A stretch of 63,363 bases of DNA, counting the filler, from Choristocarpus tenellus KU-1152 (lineage: Eukaryota > Protista > Phaeophyceae), in the NCBI GenBank assembly GCA_964200185.2. It is 11 parts of 11 records of this genome, joined end to end, with 100 filler letters (N's around TTAATTAATTAA, not from the genome) between each part and the next. Parts side by side here need not be neighbours in the genome. Positions count along the whole stretch, not along the records: positions 44,426 to 49,176 come from CAXNAD020013202.1; positions 49,277 to 55,746 come from CAXNAD020008070.1; positions 55,847 to 58,615 come from CAXNAD020024914.1; positions 58,716 to 63,363 come from CAXNAD020013646.1; 7 more parts are not named here. The stretch is one strand, 5' to 3'. The notes below the pieces were generated by a model. That model saw only the letters and a program-made list of their open reading frames with translations, was not told the DNA's origin and searched no databases. Numbering within the stretch: position 1 is the first letter of the stretch; each line of letters begins with the position of its first letter. Below are positions 48,163 to 62,447 of the stretch, one piece after another. A program made the translations under genes and the position numbers.

Positions 48163-49115
48163 GTGTCACGCCCCGTATGTGCCTCTGATATAGAAGATGG
48201 TTCTTGATGGTCTGGAGTAAATATTATTTACTTCCCAGACTTACAAGTCTTGTGCAGGCAACCCTTTGCTGACATACTCCCTGGTGCATTCTAGATTGAT
48301 GTGACATGCCTTGTCCGTCCATTGAAATTATCCGATGGTTATCGCTGCTAGAATTGCACCTCAATTGTCTCCATACCAAGTCGTGATCCCTTTGAAGTAT
48401 GTCCAGCTAATTCCTCCGTCTCTTTAGACGGTGTCGCTCTCCTCTGGCGACAAACGATCTGAAGGTATCTTTTACCTCCACAGTTGTAGCATATTCCTTA
48501 GAAAAAACTAGGACCAATATGCTTGATCAGTCCACAGTTTAAACATCTTATGTTTGTTCAGATCTCATCTCTGGTAGGGGATCCTGTTGTGATATGGTCC
48601 GTACGTTGGCCAGTTGTACCTTGGCCGCCTCCTCCGCCGACCTTCTGTGTTCTCTTCCATGAGCTTATGGTCCGAGCGGCTAGAGTGCTCCCAGGCTCCC
48701 CGCGGTTAGCTCCTCCTTTCTTTTCTGGTGGAGGCTTAGTTTCTGCTCCTGCTAATGTCCTGCGCCCTTGGTAGCAGGTACAGCAATTGCTTTTCTTATT
48801 CCGTAAGCGAGAATCTTGGGGTCTCCAATCGATGGGCATGCCCCCTTCAGGGACAAGTATTGTGACGACTGCTCTAGGTCCATAGGCAGATTCTTGTGGC
48901 TCATGGCTCATGCTCAGGCTCATGGCTCAGGCTCAGGCTCAGGCTAATACGAATTCTCAAGTCAACAACACGAGGGATGATAATTGTTTTTACTGGTTAT
49001 CCAGTCCATTTTCTGCACGATAGGCTGCAATAATTTCATGTCATTGTGGGATCTGTTCTATTCTTTTGTGAAGATCACAAGACGGTCCATAGCCACAAAG
49101 ACGAAGGCGATAGAT

Positions 49116-49176
49116 GAATGAAAGTATCTTAGAGGGTACGAGTTTTGCCCTGTTTGTCCATATGGGGCTTGGCTTC
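49116..49176 (+). mobile_element. MITE family A left end at contig edge
   Basis: GAATGAAAGTATCTTAGAGGGTACGAGTTTTGCCCTGTTTGTCCATATGGGGCTTGGCTTC. Confidence 0.9.
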
Positions 49177-49638
49177 NNNNNNNNNNNNNNNNNNNNNNNN
49201 NNNNNNNNNNNNNNNNNNNNTTAATTAATTAANNNNNNNNNNNNNNNNNNNNNNNNNNNNNNNNNNNNNNNNNNNNGTATGTTAGTGGTGCATGGCGATA
49301 GTGGGTGCAGGAGGTTGGGGGGGGGGGGAAGGGGCGTGGGGGGAGAGCAATGCTGCTTAGAAGAAAATGCTGCCACTAGAGCTCTACTACTACAACTGTT
49401 TGTACTGCTCTATTTGGAAGAGGTCAGATAAATATAATAATGAGTAAGATAATGAGCAGAAGGGAGAATGATGTTTGGTATCAACAGCAAACACCAACTG
49501 CTGGTTTCACATGAAAAGCGCATCCATGATTCGTGTTAAGGGTGGCTATGTTTATTTGTACGTTATCATGTGCTGTTGATGATGTTTTCCCATTGGATGC
49601 CTATCACATCTACAGTCACCTGCTTTCTTGCTCTAATT

Positions 49639-52600
49639 CTATATACTGGACTGACTACTTGCTAAATTAAGATATATATATATATATATTGAGTTTATAG
49701 TGTGTAGTATTGAAGTATAGTGCTTTTCGTTTAGATTCATTTTACTTAGAAGGGGGGTGGCGCTGGATATCTGTGGCTGCCTTCTGGTAGATGGTGTACT
49801 TCTAGTACTCTGGAGGGCAATTTCGCACTCATCATGTGGATGAACCTTTATCTCCTCTTCTGTTGCCACATCCTCCTACTATGAGGGGTTAAAAACTGCA
49901 TATCTAGCATAGGAAGTGGAGTCTCCAGGCAGGTTGACAAAAGCTGAATATTCTGAAGGGGCTAGATGAACCCGCATCTAACATATAGTAGTGCCTCTAT
50001 TTTGTTCTTTAGTCAGCATGCATCATCACTACTATTAAATTGATGTGCTTCCAGAGAATATGAAGTGTGTGACTACAAGATGACGAATAATACTACTAGT
50101 AACTGTGTACTCTGGAAAATTTACTACCATCAATCAATAGCATCACTGTACAGTGTACACACAAGATATCCATCTCACACACCTAATATCATTATTGCAG
50201 AGCACTTTGAGTTCTGTCCAGTACTCAATTTGCCTGTGACCTATTGCATACGTTTTGCATTATTATACGAGCATTTTTCCTACTATACTTCGGAACACAT
50301 AGTACCTAAATCAAGCCGAACCAATTGAGAGGTAGGAAGGTTTGTGCCCTTTGTGCATTCCAAGTCATCTTTCTTACTTACCCAGTGCAATACACTCTAT
50401 TTCATTGCTTTATGTGCACAATACTGTACGTAAAATTGATATTTCCCTTTCCACTCACAAAGTGATACCACAATTAAGCAAAGGCTCTTTCTACAATTAA
50501 TTGCTTAAATTGATCTTTTTGCCTTTCACCCTTGAGGTCCTTCGAACTCAAACCTGCGTACATATTCTCAATTCGTTTAACTCACCATTTTTTTTTAGTT
50601 TCGTAATCTCCAGCTACCTATAAATCTTTCTGTTGGGTGACGGGTTGGTCGTTGAGATTCTCAATACCTCAACGGACAGAAAAGAGTGTTTCGCTGGGTC
50701 TCAACCGCTAGGATTGCCTTCTCTTATAATATGCAAAAAATCCCGTGTATATGCTGCATCCTCGTTTGATACCATCCACCCCATACATCCACACATCCAC
50801 ACATACATCTACATCAACACCACCATAGGCAACAAGGAGATGAACCCATCACAAACCTTCAACCTCCGAGCCTCAGACCCACGAGGCGGCATTTTCTTAA
50901 GAGTGATTTAAATTATTTTCTGACGTCATCATTGGTGTGATGCAGGGTGAATCAACATGTTATTGTTGTGGTATCCAATTAAATGAGAAAACCTGATAGA
51001 AAAACTGAAAAGTTTCGTTTGTTTCGGTTATTTCTATTTTCATCCCAATAAGTAGTGTGAATGAAACTAAATAGCGTCGTAATGCATTTGTCGCAAGGTG
51101 TCACGCAATACATATACATATATAAATACATGACTTTTTCGACTGTCTTACAACGCGACGTCAGGTCGTACCATGGACATTTCAATCAACTTGAATCGAT
51201 TTTTTTCTTATTATATGTTCATTTTATCCATAATTAATTTAGGTTCACAACACAAACTACTTTTTTTGATAAGAGAAATTACTACTGTTAAATTACATTT
51301 TATCACATTATTAATATTTTGTTTTTATTTTTGTTTCATAATAGTATAGATAATCCTGACATTTGAGAAAATACAAGAATAGAAGTAAAACATATTAGTG
51401 AAAGAATAAAAGAAATACAGAGAAGGAAAAGGAAAAGAAAAGAACAGGAGGAGAATAGAATCCACAGGAGAAATAATTCAAAAATAAAAAGATGTAAGGG
51501 GAAGAAAGAAAAAAAGGACAGTATGTAAGAGAAATCACTCGAAAACAAATAATGTCAGTTAGAATAACAGTAGGGATACTAAGTTTATGACGATGTATTT
51601 AGTGATTCAATCTAATAATAAGTTGTAAGAAATAAGTCCTCTGTGGAACAGGTTGGACTTGGGGGTCTGTGGGACAGGTGGAGAAAATGTGTGTGTGTGT
51701 TGTAACTCTTTCCGTCTTCGCATGTGGGGGACCTCATTATCATGTTGAATTCAATTATTATGCATCGAAATTGAATTACACGCTATTATATGAACTGTCC
51801 AAAAAATCAAGTCTATGGAGGCAATGCTGGTATATATAGAGAGACATTATTAGCAAGAGTTACTTGGTTGTACAATGTACGTACGTGAGAGACGAAAAGA
51901 CACCTACCTGTATAGAGCTGGTGCTCGTAAGCGTTTCCATATTTTTCAAAACGTGTGATTAAAAAAAAGGTTATGGCGAGGGTGTGGGCGATCCCACACG
52001 CGAGAATATGAACCAGTAGTGGTACCAAGGTCAAGTAGGATGGTAAGGTGTAGGTTATTAAGATGTATAGATAAAGTACAAGTGGAATCCACAACTCAAA
52101 CTTCAAAAAAGTCCGAGGAAAACAGGTTTACAATAATAGGTAGTAGGTTTGTATGGAGAGGACATCCTTCGTTTCATTACACATATAGACGGACGGACGG
52201 GAAGTACTTGGTACTACTATACGGTTGGCATATACACATGTACGTGTGACAGAGCTGGTACTAGTAACGTATTCTTCGTTTTTACTACTGTTGTACGTAA
52301 GTGAGAGAGCTGGTGGTACTGATAATGTACACACACAACTGCACAATACACATAGACGTGGATGGATGGACGGACAGGAATTTCATGGTTTTACACGATA
52401 CGTACGTGAGAGGGGACCAAAAGACTCTAATTCCCCTACCAACGGATTGTCCATGTACCTGAGGTGGTTGTCTTCCTGAATCCCTTTTAAAAGAACACCT
52501 AGGTTCAAACCTGGTTGCAGAGGCTATATTTCCTTCTTCGCAGGAATTTGACTTGGATGGACCTCATAATAACAAGTGCATTGGGAAGGTGCACCTGTAT

Positions 52601-55600
52601 CTTCTTACTATCTTTTGTTAAACCACAAAAGAAAGGGATGCGAGGAAAGGTCTGGATCGTGGTGGTATAGATTCGTTTTGGACGACGGGAGTACACACCA
52701 GATTCGAGGGAGGAGGCGGAGTGGCGATCGGTTGGACACCTGTACCCAACGCATGAGAGAAAATCAAGGCAGAAACAAAGCAGCTCAATTAGTTTGTTGT
52801 GTACAACAGGTGGTTCGTAAGGTTTAGAAATAGTGTAGTGTGGACTGCATATGACCACAGTCCGAAGAGAGGTCTAGGTGGTAGCGTGAGTGGAAAAGTC
52901 CAGACGAATAGTGAGCAAACAATAATAATTGGGGAAACTCCAGAAGGGGCCGAACCCCTTTATGATTGCGCATCGGACAGGGCAAGGGAGGAAGGGGAGG
53001 GTTCGTGGCGTGACCCCTTACGCACAAGGGAGCCATATTCTTACGTATATTTAAGGCTCAAAGTATCTGGGGGGGGGGGTGACGGCTGTCCATTTAGGGC
53101 CCATTTTTCCATGTCGCAATTTTTGGGTGGTTAGGTTGCATGCATTTGAATGGATAATTTAAGTGCAATTTTCCTGGTCAGGGCCCAAATGGACACCATG
53201 GTGTAAACCGCCCCCGCCCCCCAGATACTTTGAGCCTAAAGGTTTGGCAATGAAGTCTTACCTATACACAAACTATGCTACAATACATACAACAATGGGA
53301 CTTGATAGTGTCAGTCTAGGAGTTGCTTCTTGAATTTTTTGCGCAAGGAGAGCTGATACTGTTAACAAGCTGAAATCGAACGAAAAGGTGCATGGGTTGT
53401 GTGGAGATGTCTGTTTACTTATATTAACAGGACTCAAACTTCAAACGAGTCCGGAAGAGCAAAAGCAGGCCTATAGAGCCAGTACGTAGGTTTGAAAGGC
53501 CAGGAATTTCAGTATCACTTTGTGTGTGGAAAGGGGGAATATCAATTTTGTGTAGAACTGTTGTGAACACAAAGCAATGGGGTAGAGCGCATAAAAAGGT
53601 AAGAAAGATGGCCTGGGATGAAAAAAGTGCCTACCTCTCAATTGGTTTGGCCCATCATTATATCCACTGACATTTTGCAAATGAATGTGTATCATCAGAC
53701 CGTTATCATAAGGGAGGGGGGAAAAACCCCACGATCAAGACTGGTTACAAAAAAAGTCTTCATACAACTACAACAATTACTTTTTCCAGCTGTAGTGTAC
53801 CGCCGACTAAACCTCAACCCTGTTTTCAACACTGCAACTATGAAGACACAGGATACAACAACGATCTGCCAAAAAGGAACCACAACAAGGTTTTCATCCT
53901 ACTTGTACAGCGCACGGAGTACTAGAAGTAGTAGTGCACACCGCAATTGCATGCAAAACAAAAGACAATACCATGTAGACCGTGAATCACTGCTGCACCG
54001 TACACATACGTCAACGTATCACATATCCAACGTAACAGCAATTCATTCGTTATTTAAATGCTGGTACTACTGTAACGGAGACGATGTGTCGCTACTTCCG
54101 TACGTAAGTGGAGGAAGAGCTGACTCGTCTTCTCCACTAATAACAAAAAAAAGTTGAGTCATGATAATCCTTCAATAATGAGAATCTTATGATTAATTAA
54201 TATAATAGTATATTTATTTATCGTTACTAGAAAGTAGCAGCAAATGGTACGTCCCATTCGTAGAACAAAGAATTAAAAAAAAAAAACACTATCACATCTA
54301 GCAAGTAGTCAGAGTACTACTTTTTATACCATTTAACAGTAACATCACTTTTATGAATCATTGCACCAAATACAATTTAAAAAGGACAAAATAAGAAAAA
54401 GTGATAAACGAACTACACTAAGAACAACAATGTCCGTCCTCTTGTCTATATTATTTCCCCTTCTCCAAATATACCACTCCTGGTTGCAACTGATGACAGT
54501 ATTGTTGTAGCAAGGCGTTTCATACTTCAAAGAGTGATCACCATCATCAGTTGAGACTGTAAAGTCACCATCAAAAAATAACAATGGACTGCAGCCAATC
54601 AGCACAAGAGATAACAGAGACCGAATCAATCTTTCCAAAACCGAGAAGGCTAGGATATAGGGGGAACATGGTACCCCAAAAGCAACATCTCACACCAATA
54701 CCAATAGTGCATTTGTCACATCAAGTCAATCAGATGCATACACGTGCCTTTCACACGCCCCTCTTTGCTCGACTTTGGTACACAACTCAGACTCTGAGAT
54801 CACAGCATATACACTGCCACAACCCTACACATGACAAGCAGCCCTCTCTCTGCGAAGTGCTGTCCCTTTTTCTCATTCTGATTATTGCTTTCCTCCCCCA
54901 CTAGAGACACCCACAAGCATCATCAACACGAGCTAATGCATTTGCACAGTACTCCGGGGCTCCATTAGCAGTCACAGCAGGAGGCTTCCCCTTCCTACGA
55001 GTCCACTCATGACATCATCGGCATTGTAGGGGAACATAGAGTACAACTCATATCAAAACCTGGATCAATAGAACCATCCATATTTCACGTTGACCCAATA
55101 GAACGACTTTCCACCCTCCAACCTTGCTCCCCTGCCCCTCACAGTCTTGGCATCCACACACTCCCTATTTTTCCCATGCCCAAAACCAACCTAGTATTCG
55201 ATGACTACAGAGCCACAGTCAATTACTACAGAGCTGTGGGACTACCATCAAGAGGTGATGCTCAGGTGCCACTCCAACGGTAGCAGAGCCCACACCTCCT
55301 CTTCTGCCTTCCAGTAGTCCAAAGAAAAATTCTAATAATCAACTGCCAATTATCCCCCCAACTCTCAGCCTGAATCACCGGCTGGCCCTGTGATAATCAT
55401 ACATATACTGCAGATCACTGTGTATATCACGTACATTGTGACTGTTTCTCCTCCTCCCCAGCTGCCTCTGCTCCCCTCCCTCACCCCCCAACCGACGATC
55501 ACCAGATAACTCACAGGTCCCAACAGGATCAGCCCCTTCAACTCGTGGCTCTCCTGTTGCCACGGTAGCCTCACCCCGTGACCAGGTCTCAAGTCCCCTA

Positions 55601-55686
55601 CCCACACTCCTCTTCAAAATATCAGAAGTATCGGCCCAGGACCGAGGCCGAGCAGATCCCGCCCAATCATCCCCCCCCCCCCCTAC
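49639..55686 (-). CDS. Possible multi-exon gene for a single-pass membrane protein (tentative)
   Basis: Candidate GT-AG exons 55686-55515, about 54557-54476, about 53898-53812 (hydrophobic VVVPFWQIVVVSCVFIVAVL), about 52739-52511, about 49875-49639; one junction is out of phase and no family was recognised. Confidence 0.3.
53055..53236 (+). mobile_element. MITE family B, full length (182 bp), 3-bp TSD TAA
   Basis: GGCTCAAAGTATCTG(n) ... C(n)AGATACTTTGAGCC; TAA at 53052-53054 and 53237-53239. Confidence 0.96.
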
Positions 55687-56907
55687 CTGCAAATCGATTT
55701 AACAGCACTTCCTCAGTGCGACAAAATAGCCCCTCCCGCCCTAGCCNNNNNNNNNNNNNNNNNNNNNNNNNNNNNNNNNNNNNNNNNNNNTTAATTAATT
55801 AANNNNNNNNNNNNNNNNNNNNNNNNNNNNNNNNNNNNNNNNNNNNGGGGGGGGGACTTGTTTTGGATGGCAGATCTTCAATGGGCGGTTCAGGAGACTC
55901 GTCTAAACAAGGTTTCCGCCTGCCCAAGGTGATGGGTAACATGCGGTGAGGATGGGGATTGAGTTTTGGTACATTATTTTCATGATTGTGTTGTGTATAG
56001 TTGAGGCGTTTTGCTTGTGTACGTCCTTGATGCAGTACCATGACAGGAGCAGTGGTCTGCCTGTCTCTTTAGTATACAGCTGTTCCTGATGGACGGGTTG
56101 GTTGAGAGGGATCGATAAACTTGGACTAATTTCTTAGTACTGTTTCAGTAAAGTTCGAATGTTAAGTTACAGCAGTGGACATGGATGGCATGATCCTGAT
56201 TACGCTGTTGGTTTGGAATGGATGTTGAAAAGAGAGATCACCTATTTCATTCAATATGGACATGTGGTGGATATTAGGTTAGAGCCCCCCCCCCCCTCCT
56301 TCCATTCGACCTATATTTTTGGCAAACATTATTGAGGGAATGGGTGAAGACGTAGTGCAACACTGAGCTGAAAGTTAAATATAGTGAAGATGAGTTGTGA
56401 GTGAAGAGATTAGATGTTTGTTCGATAACAGCTCGGTGAGAACACATGGGAAGGCGTTGGTCACAGGACTATTACCTCAGGTGCAGTGCTCAAAAGACTG
56501 CGTCAGGATTGGGTGTGAGAACAGTCCACTTCAACACAGCGTAAAAGGTGTAACAATATTTATTAGAGGATGATTTGGCATCCTATGATGTGATAGCGTA
56601 GAATAGACTCTGTTTTGCACATCACGCCTTCCCATGATGAGTGAGGAGTTCGTGGGATGGCCTTGCCTTGGCTGGGGGCTAGAGGCGCTAACCTGACCTC
56701 TAGGAGGACCTCTAGGGACAAAAGTGAGATTAGGAGCTGTGTGTATGTGTATGGGGGAGGCAATGGAAGTTTTTGGATAAATTTGTTTCGTGCGACTTCA
56801 TTTGTCGGTACAATGTGAAGTGGGACATATGTTTTTTGAGGTGTTGGTTGTTGTGAATCATTGGGTTGGAATGCCGTTTGAGTCCGTTACACGTATGTGT
56901 GTGTGTT

Positions 56908-56941
<34 letters not shown>

Positions 56942-57169
56942 ATGGGATGGGTACATACATAAAATCGTTCAAGAAGGAGGTCTAGTAGTACATGATTGGC
57001 GTATCGACCAACCAAAGACGCAACGGTCCTGATTGTGATTGTGTGCGATCAGCGTAGAGATTATGCGGTAAATTGAGGGGAGATGTATATTGGGTCGACA
57101 TCATCTACAATCATCATCTACAATCACCATCGTGTGTGAGCTGCTGAGGGTAGGTACTCGGTGTTGCAG

Positions 57170-58504
57170 GTGCCTCAGGAGTACGATATGAGTCAGCAAA
57201 GGCAAACGAAGGAGGCTTATAGGACGTTTCGGTGTGTGTGTGTGTGTGTTTGCGCTCGAGGTGCGGACATGAAACTGTCGCCCATGAAACTGTCGCCCAT
57301 GAAGGCAATTGTAACCAAACGGTCGGGCGAGGTTGATGGCTGATCCAAATTTGGTTTGCAGGTTCGGCAGACAAGACAGACAGACGCCTTCTTGAAGAGA
57401 GTGGAAACTCTTCTGAAAGCTTTTTCGAAGTCCGTTATTTATTCGAGGGCTGAATTGGTAAAAACTCCATCGAGCCGTTCTGATTGGTTGCTTCTGAGGG
57501 AATCGGACTCGATTCCGGCGGATGTTTTGTGTGATGGGTTTCCTCGACTGCGCCTGCCATGTACCCTCTGCTTTCCTGACACACACACACACACACACAC
57601 TTGATATATATTTTGCTAGGTTCTCATTGTTTTGCTCTACCTGAGCTCTACTGTTTGGTTTGTGTTTCTCAGATTTTTCTTTAAAAAATTTAACTATGGT
57701 GTATTATGATATTATGATACTTCTATAGCAGCTAGTCTGTTTTTTTTCGTATCTTAGGGTGGGGGAGGGGGGGTGCTCTCCGATGCTTTTGCTTGCGTAG
57801 CTAGGAGTTCGATGTATGGAAGACATACTTGTCCATCCCCAGTGTGACATTCCTCTCGCCCCAGACCAGTCACTAGTTAAGAAGCTGGTGCTCTGCTTGA
57901 TGGACAGTTCTCCGTTACACAAGGTGATATCACCACCCAGCACTGAACTCGCTCCCTCTTTTGTCACCTTTTCCTGCAGACCTGCCCTCCCCCCAACCCC
58001 AAACAAGCCTAATGCACTTGCGCTTCCCAGCTGTACAGAGAGAGTCATGCGCAAACTCACAAGACTTGCGGATATCAACATTCACCCGTAAACCCATCAA
58101 CACAACGCGCTACATCTACATCTACATCTACATCACAACTCATTCCCATTCTCACTCGGTGCGTGGATACCACTAAACACACACAAATACAAGCGAGCCC
58201 CCCCCCCAACTCTCCAGTCCCCTTCCCATGTTCTGGTGTCGATAATCGGCCTGTACCTTTTATTGTCTTTTGTGTGTGTGTGTATTTTTTTTTGTTTTTT
58301 TTTCATTGTTTGATTGGGGTCAGGTACAATGCGCGACTCCTGAAGGGATCGCTCCAGGCATGGGGAGAGCAGCGTGAGGCAGCGTGGGACCAGGCCTTTG
58401 GACCCAAGCCGTACCGGCTCCCGGTTCAGGACTGGTCTGTTTGCACCCTTCATGAACGAACCCATATAGCTCGAAATACACTGCAGTACAGGTTCTTGCT
58501 GCAG
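57170..58504 (+). CDS. Probable cytochrome-b5-reductase-like (FAD-binding oxidoreductase) protein, two internal exons
   Basis: Exons 57170-57231 and 58324-58504 join in phase: VPQEYDMSQQRQTKEAYRTFRYNARLLKGSL..DWSVCTLHERTHIARNTLQYRFLLQ|GTAAG; the WxxxxLxERxxIxxNTxxYRFxL pattern resembles the start of the FAD-binding barrel. Confidence 0.55.
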
Positions 58505-58715
58505 GTAAGATGGGCAGGAGTGGTGGGAAGAAGGGGGGGGGGGGGGGGGGGGGGGGTTTGAAAGGGTTTTGTTTCCGAAGAGAGGGGTAGGGGGCTGGGT
58601 TTGGTTTTGTTGGTTNNNNNNNNNNNNNNNNNNNNNNNNNNNNNNNNNNNNNNNNNNNNTTAATTAATTAANNNNNNNNNNNNNNNNNNNNNNNNNNNNN
58701 NNNNNNNNNNNNNNN

Positions 58716-58764
58716 AAAAGGGTGAAAAACGGACGCCGGCAACCCCCCCCAGATACTTTGACGC
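58716..58764 (-). mobile_element. Family B-related (variant C) TIR end at contig edge
   Basis: AAAACGGACGCC..CCCCCCCAGATACTTTGACGC; shares the CGTCCGTTTT box with 21607. Confidence 0.7.
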
Positions 58765-59919
58765 ATTTTTTGACTTGAAGGGGGGGAGGATGAATAGGCT
58801 GGACTAGGGGACCTCTCCACACTATTGCACCGGGCAGGATGAAGTTCTTGAGTACACGCGATTGCAGAGAACAAGAGGTGCAGGCAACAACGGACTGATG
58901 TCTGCTGCTGAAAGTTATTTCTTCAGTTCTCCGTACCAACAACGACCTGCACAATTATCCCATGCAGGGGGACATGCATTCAAGTTTGAGTGAAAGAATA
59001 ATCCAAGCCATTAACATGTGAACCAACCACACTTGCTTGATGAACGGAGAAACTCCGCAGTGTTTTGAGCCACCACGAATAATTTAGACCCTACCCGCCA
59101 ATAAGGCATGAGGGGTCTGATCTTCAACACTTCCTTGCACAACTATTGCGTTTCAAGTCGGTCTGCAACTTTTTGTGTCCAAGTTGTATGGTATGTGGAT
59201 TGTCCTTACTTTGTTGCTTGCTTGTATGTTGCTCTTCATTCCCCGTTCTCATTCCCCAAAATGGAAACAAAACCAGAACGATTCCTAATCTATAGCCCAC
59301 ATAATAGTGGGCCCTGATGCGTTTCTATCAACTCACAAGAGCAGAGTGCAAACGCAAGTCTCCTCCATTTCCCCACTAGTACTGCCTCATTCCTTGGGTA
59401 GCATACCATAGCAAATAGTTGGGTAATTCCTCCCATGATGTGAAAGCACTGAGTATGGAGTGAGTGAGGTAATGAGTTATGTTAAAGTCCAGTGGTAGAG
59501 AGAATGGTTTGCAATCAGGCAGCAATAGTGAATCCTAAGGCATTAACGAAACGTACCCCAGTGCTGGAGCTATGTTGTGAAATGAACGGTTGGGTTCATG
59601 AGTTTACTGTGTTGAACCTTTGATTCAGCGAGTTGAAATTGTGGTCTGTCCATCTATCTGAACGAGGGCTGCGCTATTTGTTAATCGAGCCTGGCAGGTG
59701 CTACTTGTGTTTGTTGATGAAGCATCATCACTGTTGATGATGAATGAACCTTGACTGCGTGGCAGAGTTGCACAAAATTGAGGTGAGTTAGTGCAATAAG
59801 TGAAGATCGGGAGGACCAAGACCATGCCCATCAAGCATTGGTTCACCTGGATTCCAAGCATAGAAGACTTCCTTTGCTTCCTACGTAGGTCAAGTTCTTA
59901 TCGAGGATAGGTACGGAAT

Positions 59920-60480
59920 AATTATTTGTCACGCCTCACCCTTCGACCGTGGTGGCCCTCGACTCCTGAAGATCGCCTTACACACTTGCCCATCAGTACC
60001 CCTGCTGTCCACGTTTTCTCCGCTTTCCATCTGCAAGGTTTGCAAGTTCCCAAAACATCGATCCCTATTCGCACAACTGACCCTGGGGCCAGGAGCCTCC
60101 GTTTCCGAACAATCGACTCCATACCGTCATACCCAGTCTTCAAAAGAGCATCTTTGGACGTCACAGGATGCGATCAGTGCGTTCCCGTCTTCCCAAATCG
60201 GTGCTGCTGCAGCTCGGTAGAAATTTGTAGCGGTGGGGACGGAGCTTGGAATAGTGGTCCTGATAGACTGTTCACGCCACACGACCACATAACAGGATAT
60301 CAGGTACCTTGAGCCCTCGAGCATTCGGATCTCAAACTCGAGCGATACGCCCGTGGTCCTCAGACGAAACACTCGTCTGTACTTGCGCGAAAAAAGAAAC
60401 ATTTTTTTTCCTATCCACCAACTCATTTCGATGGTGTTATCGGCACCATCGCTGATGGTGCCTCCAAGGTAAACATTCTT
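59920..60480 (-). mobile_element. RTE-like LINE remnant (RT C-terminal region), frameshifted
   Basis: VYLGGTISDGADNTIEM, VSLEFEIRML and KDALLKTGYDGMESIVRKRRLL match the non-LTR RT thumb and C-terminal pattern. Confidence 0.75.
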
Positions 60481-61218
60481 TGCAGTCTGCTTCTGGCTAC
60501 GCGGCTCGAAGCCTGGATCTGCCCCATGCCTGCTGGCGTTTTGGGAGGCCGAAGGGACATGCCTTCTGCCTTCAGATCGGACACGGTCAACCCCAATACC
60601 CTACAGTTGTGGCTACCTTCACAGTCACTCCCACCATCCTGTCCACTCTACCTTGTTTGGGGGTCTTAAGACACAATGCCAGCCTCGTCAACAAGTACCA
60701 TATACATATCCCTCGTGAACTTGCTTGAAATAGATGCCAACTGTTTTCCCACTCCCTCCCCTCCGTCCTCTGTTCTCCCTTCTTTACCCAGTCAGCTTCC
60801 TCTATGATAGCTAGGCCCTAGGAGACAACCAGGTGGCCTAAACTCCCCCATCGGTCTTGCATCTGCGGTAATATGCAGGTGGAGAAGTGATTTGAACAAG
60901 ATTTGAAATATGGTGTTGTACCTTTGAAGTGAAAGAAATGCAACATACCACACGAAAACTGTAGTTGGCGGAGGAGGGAAGAGAGAAACATAAAATATGA
61001 AAAATGCAAAACGGCGAAACACACAAAAGCAACCACTAGGAGACGAACCATGGGACACACACAACACAACACGGCTGGTGTAGAACGTTGTTATCTTTCA
61101 GCCTGATGTGCAGCAATGAGGAAAAGAAGTACTGCAGACGAGACGCAGCGCTGGTTCATACTGATCGAGAAGTGACAAGTTGTCAACAATGACCGAGGAT
61201 AGCGAAGAGAGAGGTGAA

Positions 61219-61474
61219 GATCCAAAGCTTTTTAGAGGGTAGAAGTTTTTCCCTGTATTTGTCTGTTCGGGGCTCGACTTCCCACGGGTTTTATTCCGTT
61301 TTTTGTTTGGTGTGTGAACGCAGTTGCCTAAAATGTATAAGACTATGGAAGGGGTGCCAGAACAAGGATATTGACGCTTCCTAACAACGTGATAACCAAA
61401 ATCTCATCAAAATCGCAACATTGGATTTTGGACTCCAAATGGACGTGGCCCTACTCTCTCAAATGCTTTGACTA
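61219..61474 (+). mobile_element. MITE family A, diverged subfamily
   Basis: GATCCAAAGCTTTTTAGAGGGTA ... CCAAATGGACGTGGCCCTACTCTCTCAAATGCTTTGACTA; flanks TGAA/TGAC. Confidence 0.82.
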
Positions 61475-62277
61475 TGACTGTGGAGATGAACTTTGGGGAA
61501 TCAATGTCAGATGGTGTTTATACATCGCACATGTGTATATATATGTGTTGTTGTGTTTTGGTGATTGTTGTATGTGCCATGTCCTGCCTCCTTCCGTTGG
61601 AAACGGATTATACCTGTTACACCTCATGTCCCCGATGTTATATGGAGTGTGAATTTACGTCATCGATTATTGTGTTCATCGACGCTCCCTCTATTTGCTC
61701 CACCTTCTCTTCGTTAGGGTAGATCCCTCTGACCTCACCAGGAGTACTAACCTCTTTCTTGTCCCCGCTAGCGACGTCTTCTCTTACGCGGGACCAGGAT
61801 GGGTTGATGCAAGATTTTCCGGCACCATGGTACCGAAACTTCACGCCGGAAGCACAGAATTGAGCATAATTGGGAGACGAAAGGTGCCAACCCTCGAGAG
61901 AGTCTCTGCCGTGGACCGCAAGAAACGCGTTTGGTCATCAAGAAAAAGAGGATAAGTGCAAAAACCAGAATCCCCATTGGAAGCAAAATGTCTTGAGACA
62001 AGAACGCGGAAACACCTTCCTACTTAGAAAGCAATCAAGAGCTACAAATGCAGTGCTGTAGTTGAAATGGATCATTTTAGAGTCATACAGGATCACATGG
62101 TAGTCACAGTGTCTTTTTTTCTCTTTTTTCCCTTCCATTCTCTCTTCTCCCTCTCTCTCACAAAAGCAAGGCCTCTATCCCAGGTAGCTTGCCCTTCTTT
62201 CTACTCTTTGCTCTTTCGTTCGCAGAGCACTCACTTGGATGTTATATTTTGCCTTGCCTTTCTCTGAGCCGTTTCTT

Positions 62278-62447
62278 GGCTCAAAGTATCTGGGGGGGGG
62301 TGGGGGCTGTCCGTTTGGGGCCTATTTGCCATGCCGCAATTTTGGGTGATTAGGTTGCATGTGTTGGATAGATAATGAAAGTACACTTTTCCTGGTCAGG
62401 GCCCAAATGGACACCCTGGTGTAACCCCCCCCCACATACTTTGGGTC
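62278..62447 (+). mobile_element. MITE family B, full length (170 bp), 3-bp TSD CTT
   Basis: GGCTCAAAGTATCTG(n) ... C(n)ACATACTTTGGGTC; CTT at 62275-62277 and 62448-62450. Confidence 0.94.

Noticed and set aside
48897-48945. (GGCTCA)n run resembling the family B terminus
   Set aside because: Simple 6-7 bp microsatellite lacking the AAGTATCT core.
51870-54115. Repeated GTACGT(AAG/GAG) motifs and a WYYCNGDDVS peptide resembling a USP box
   Set aside because: Short, irregularly spaced motifs; no consistent + strand exon model or other USP motifs.
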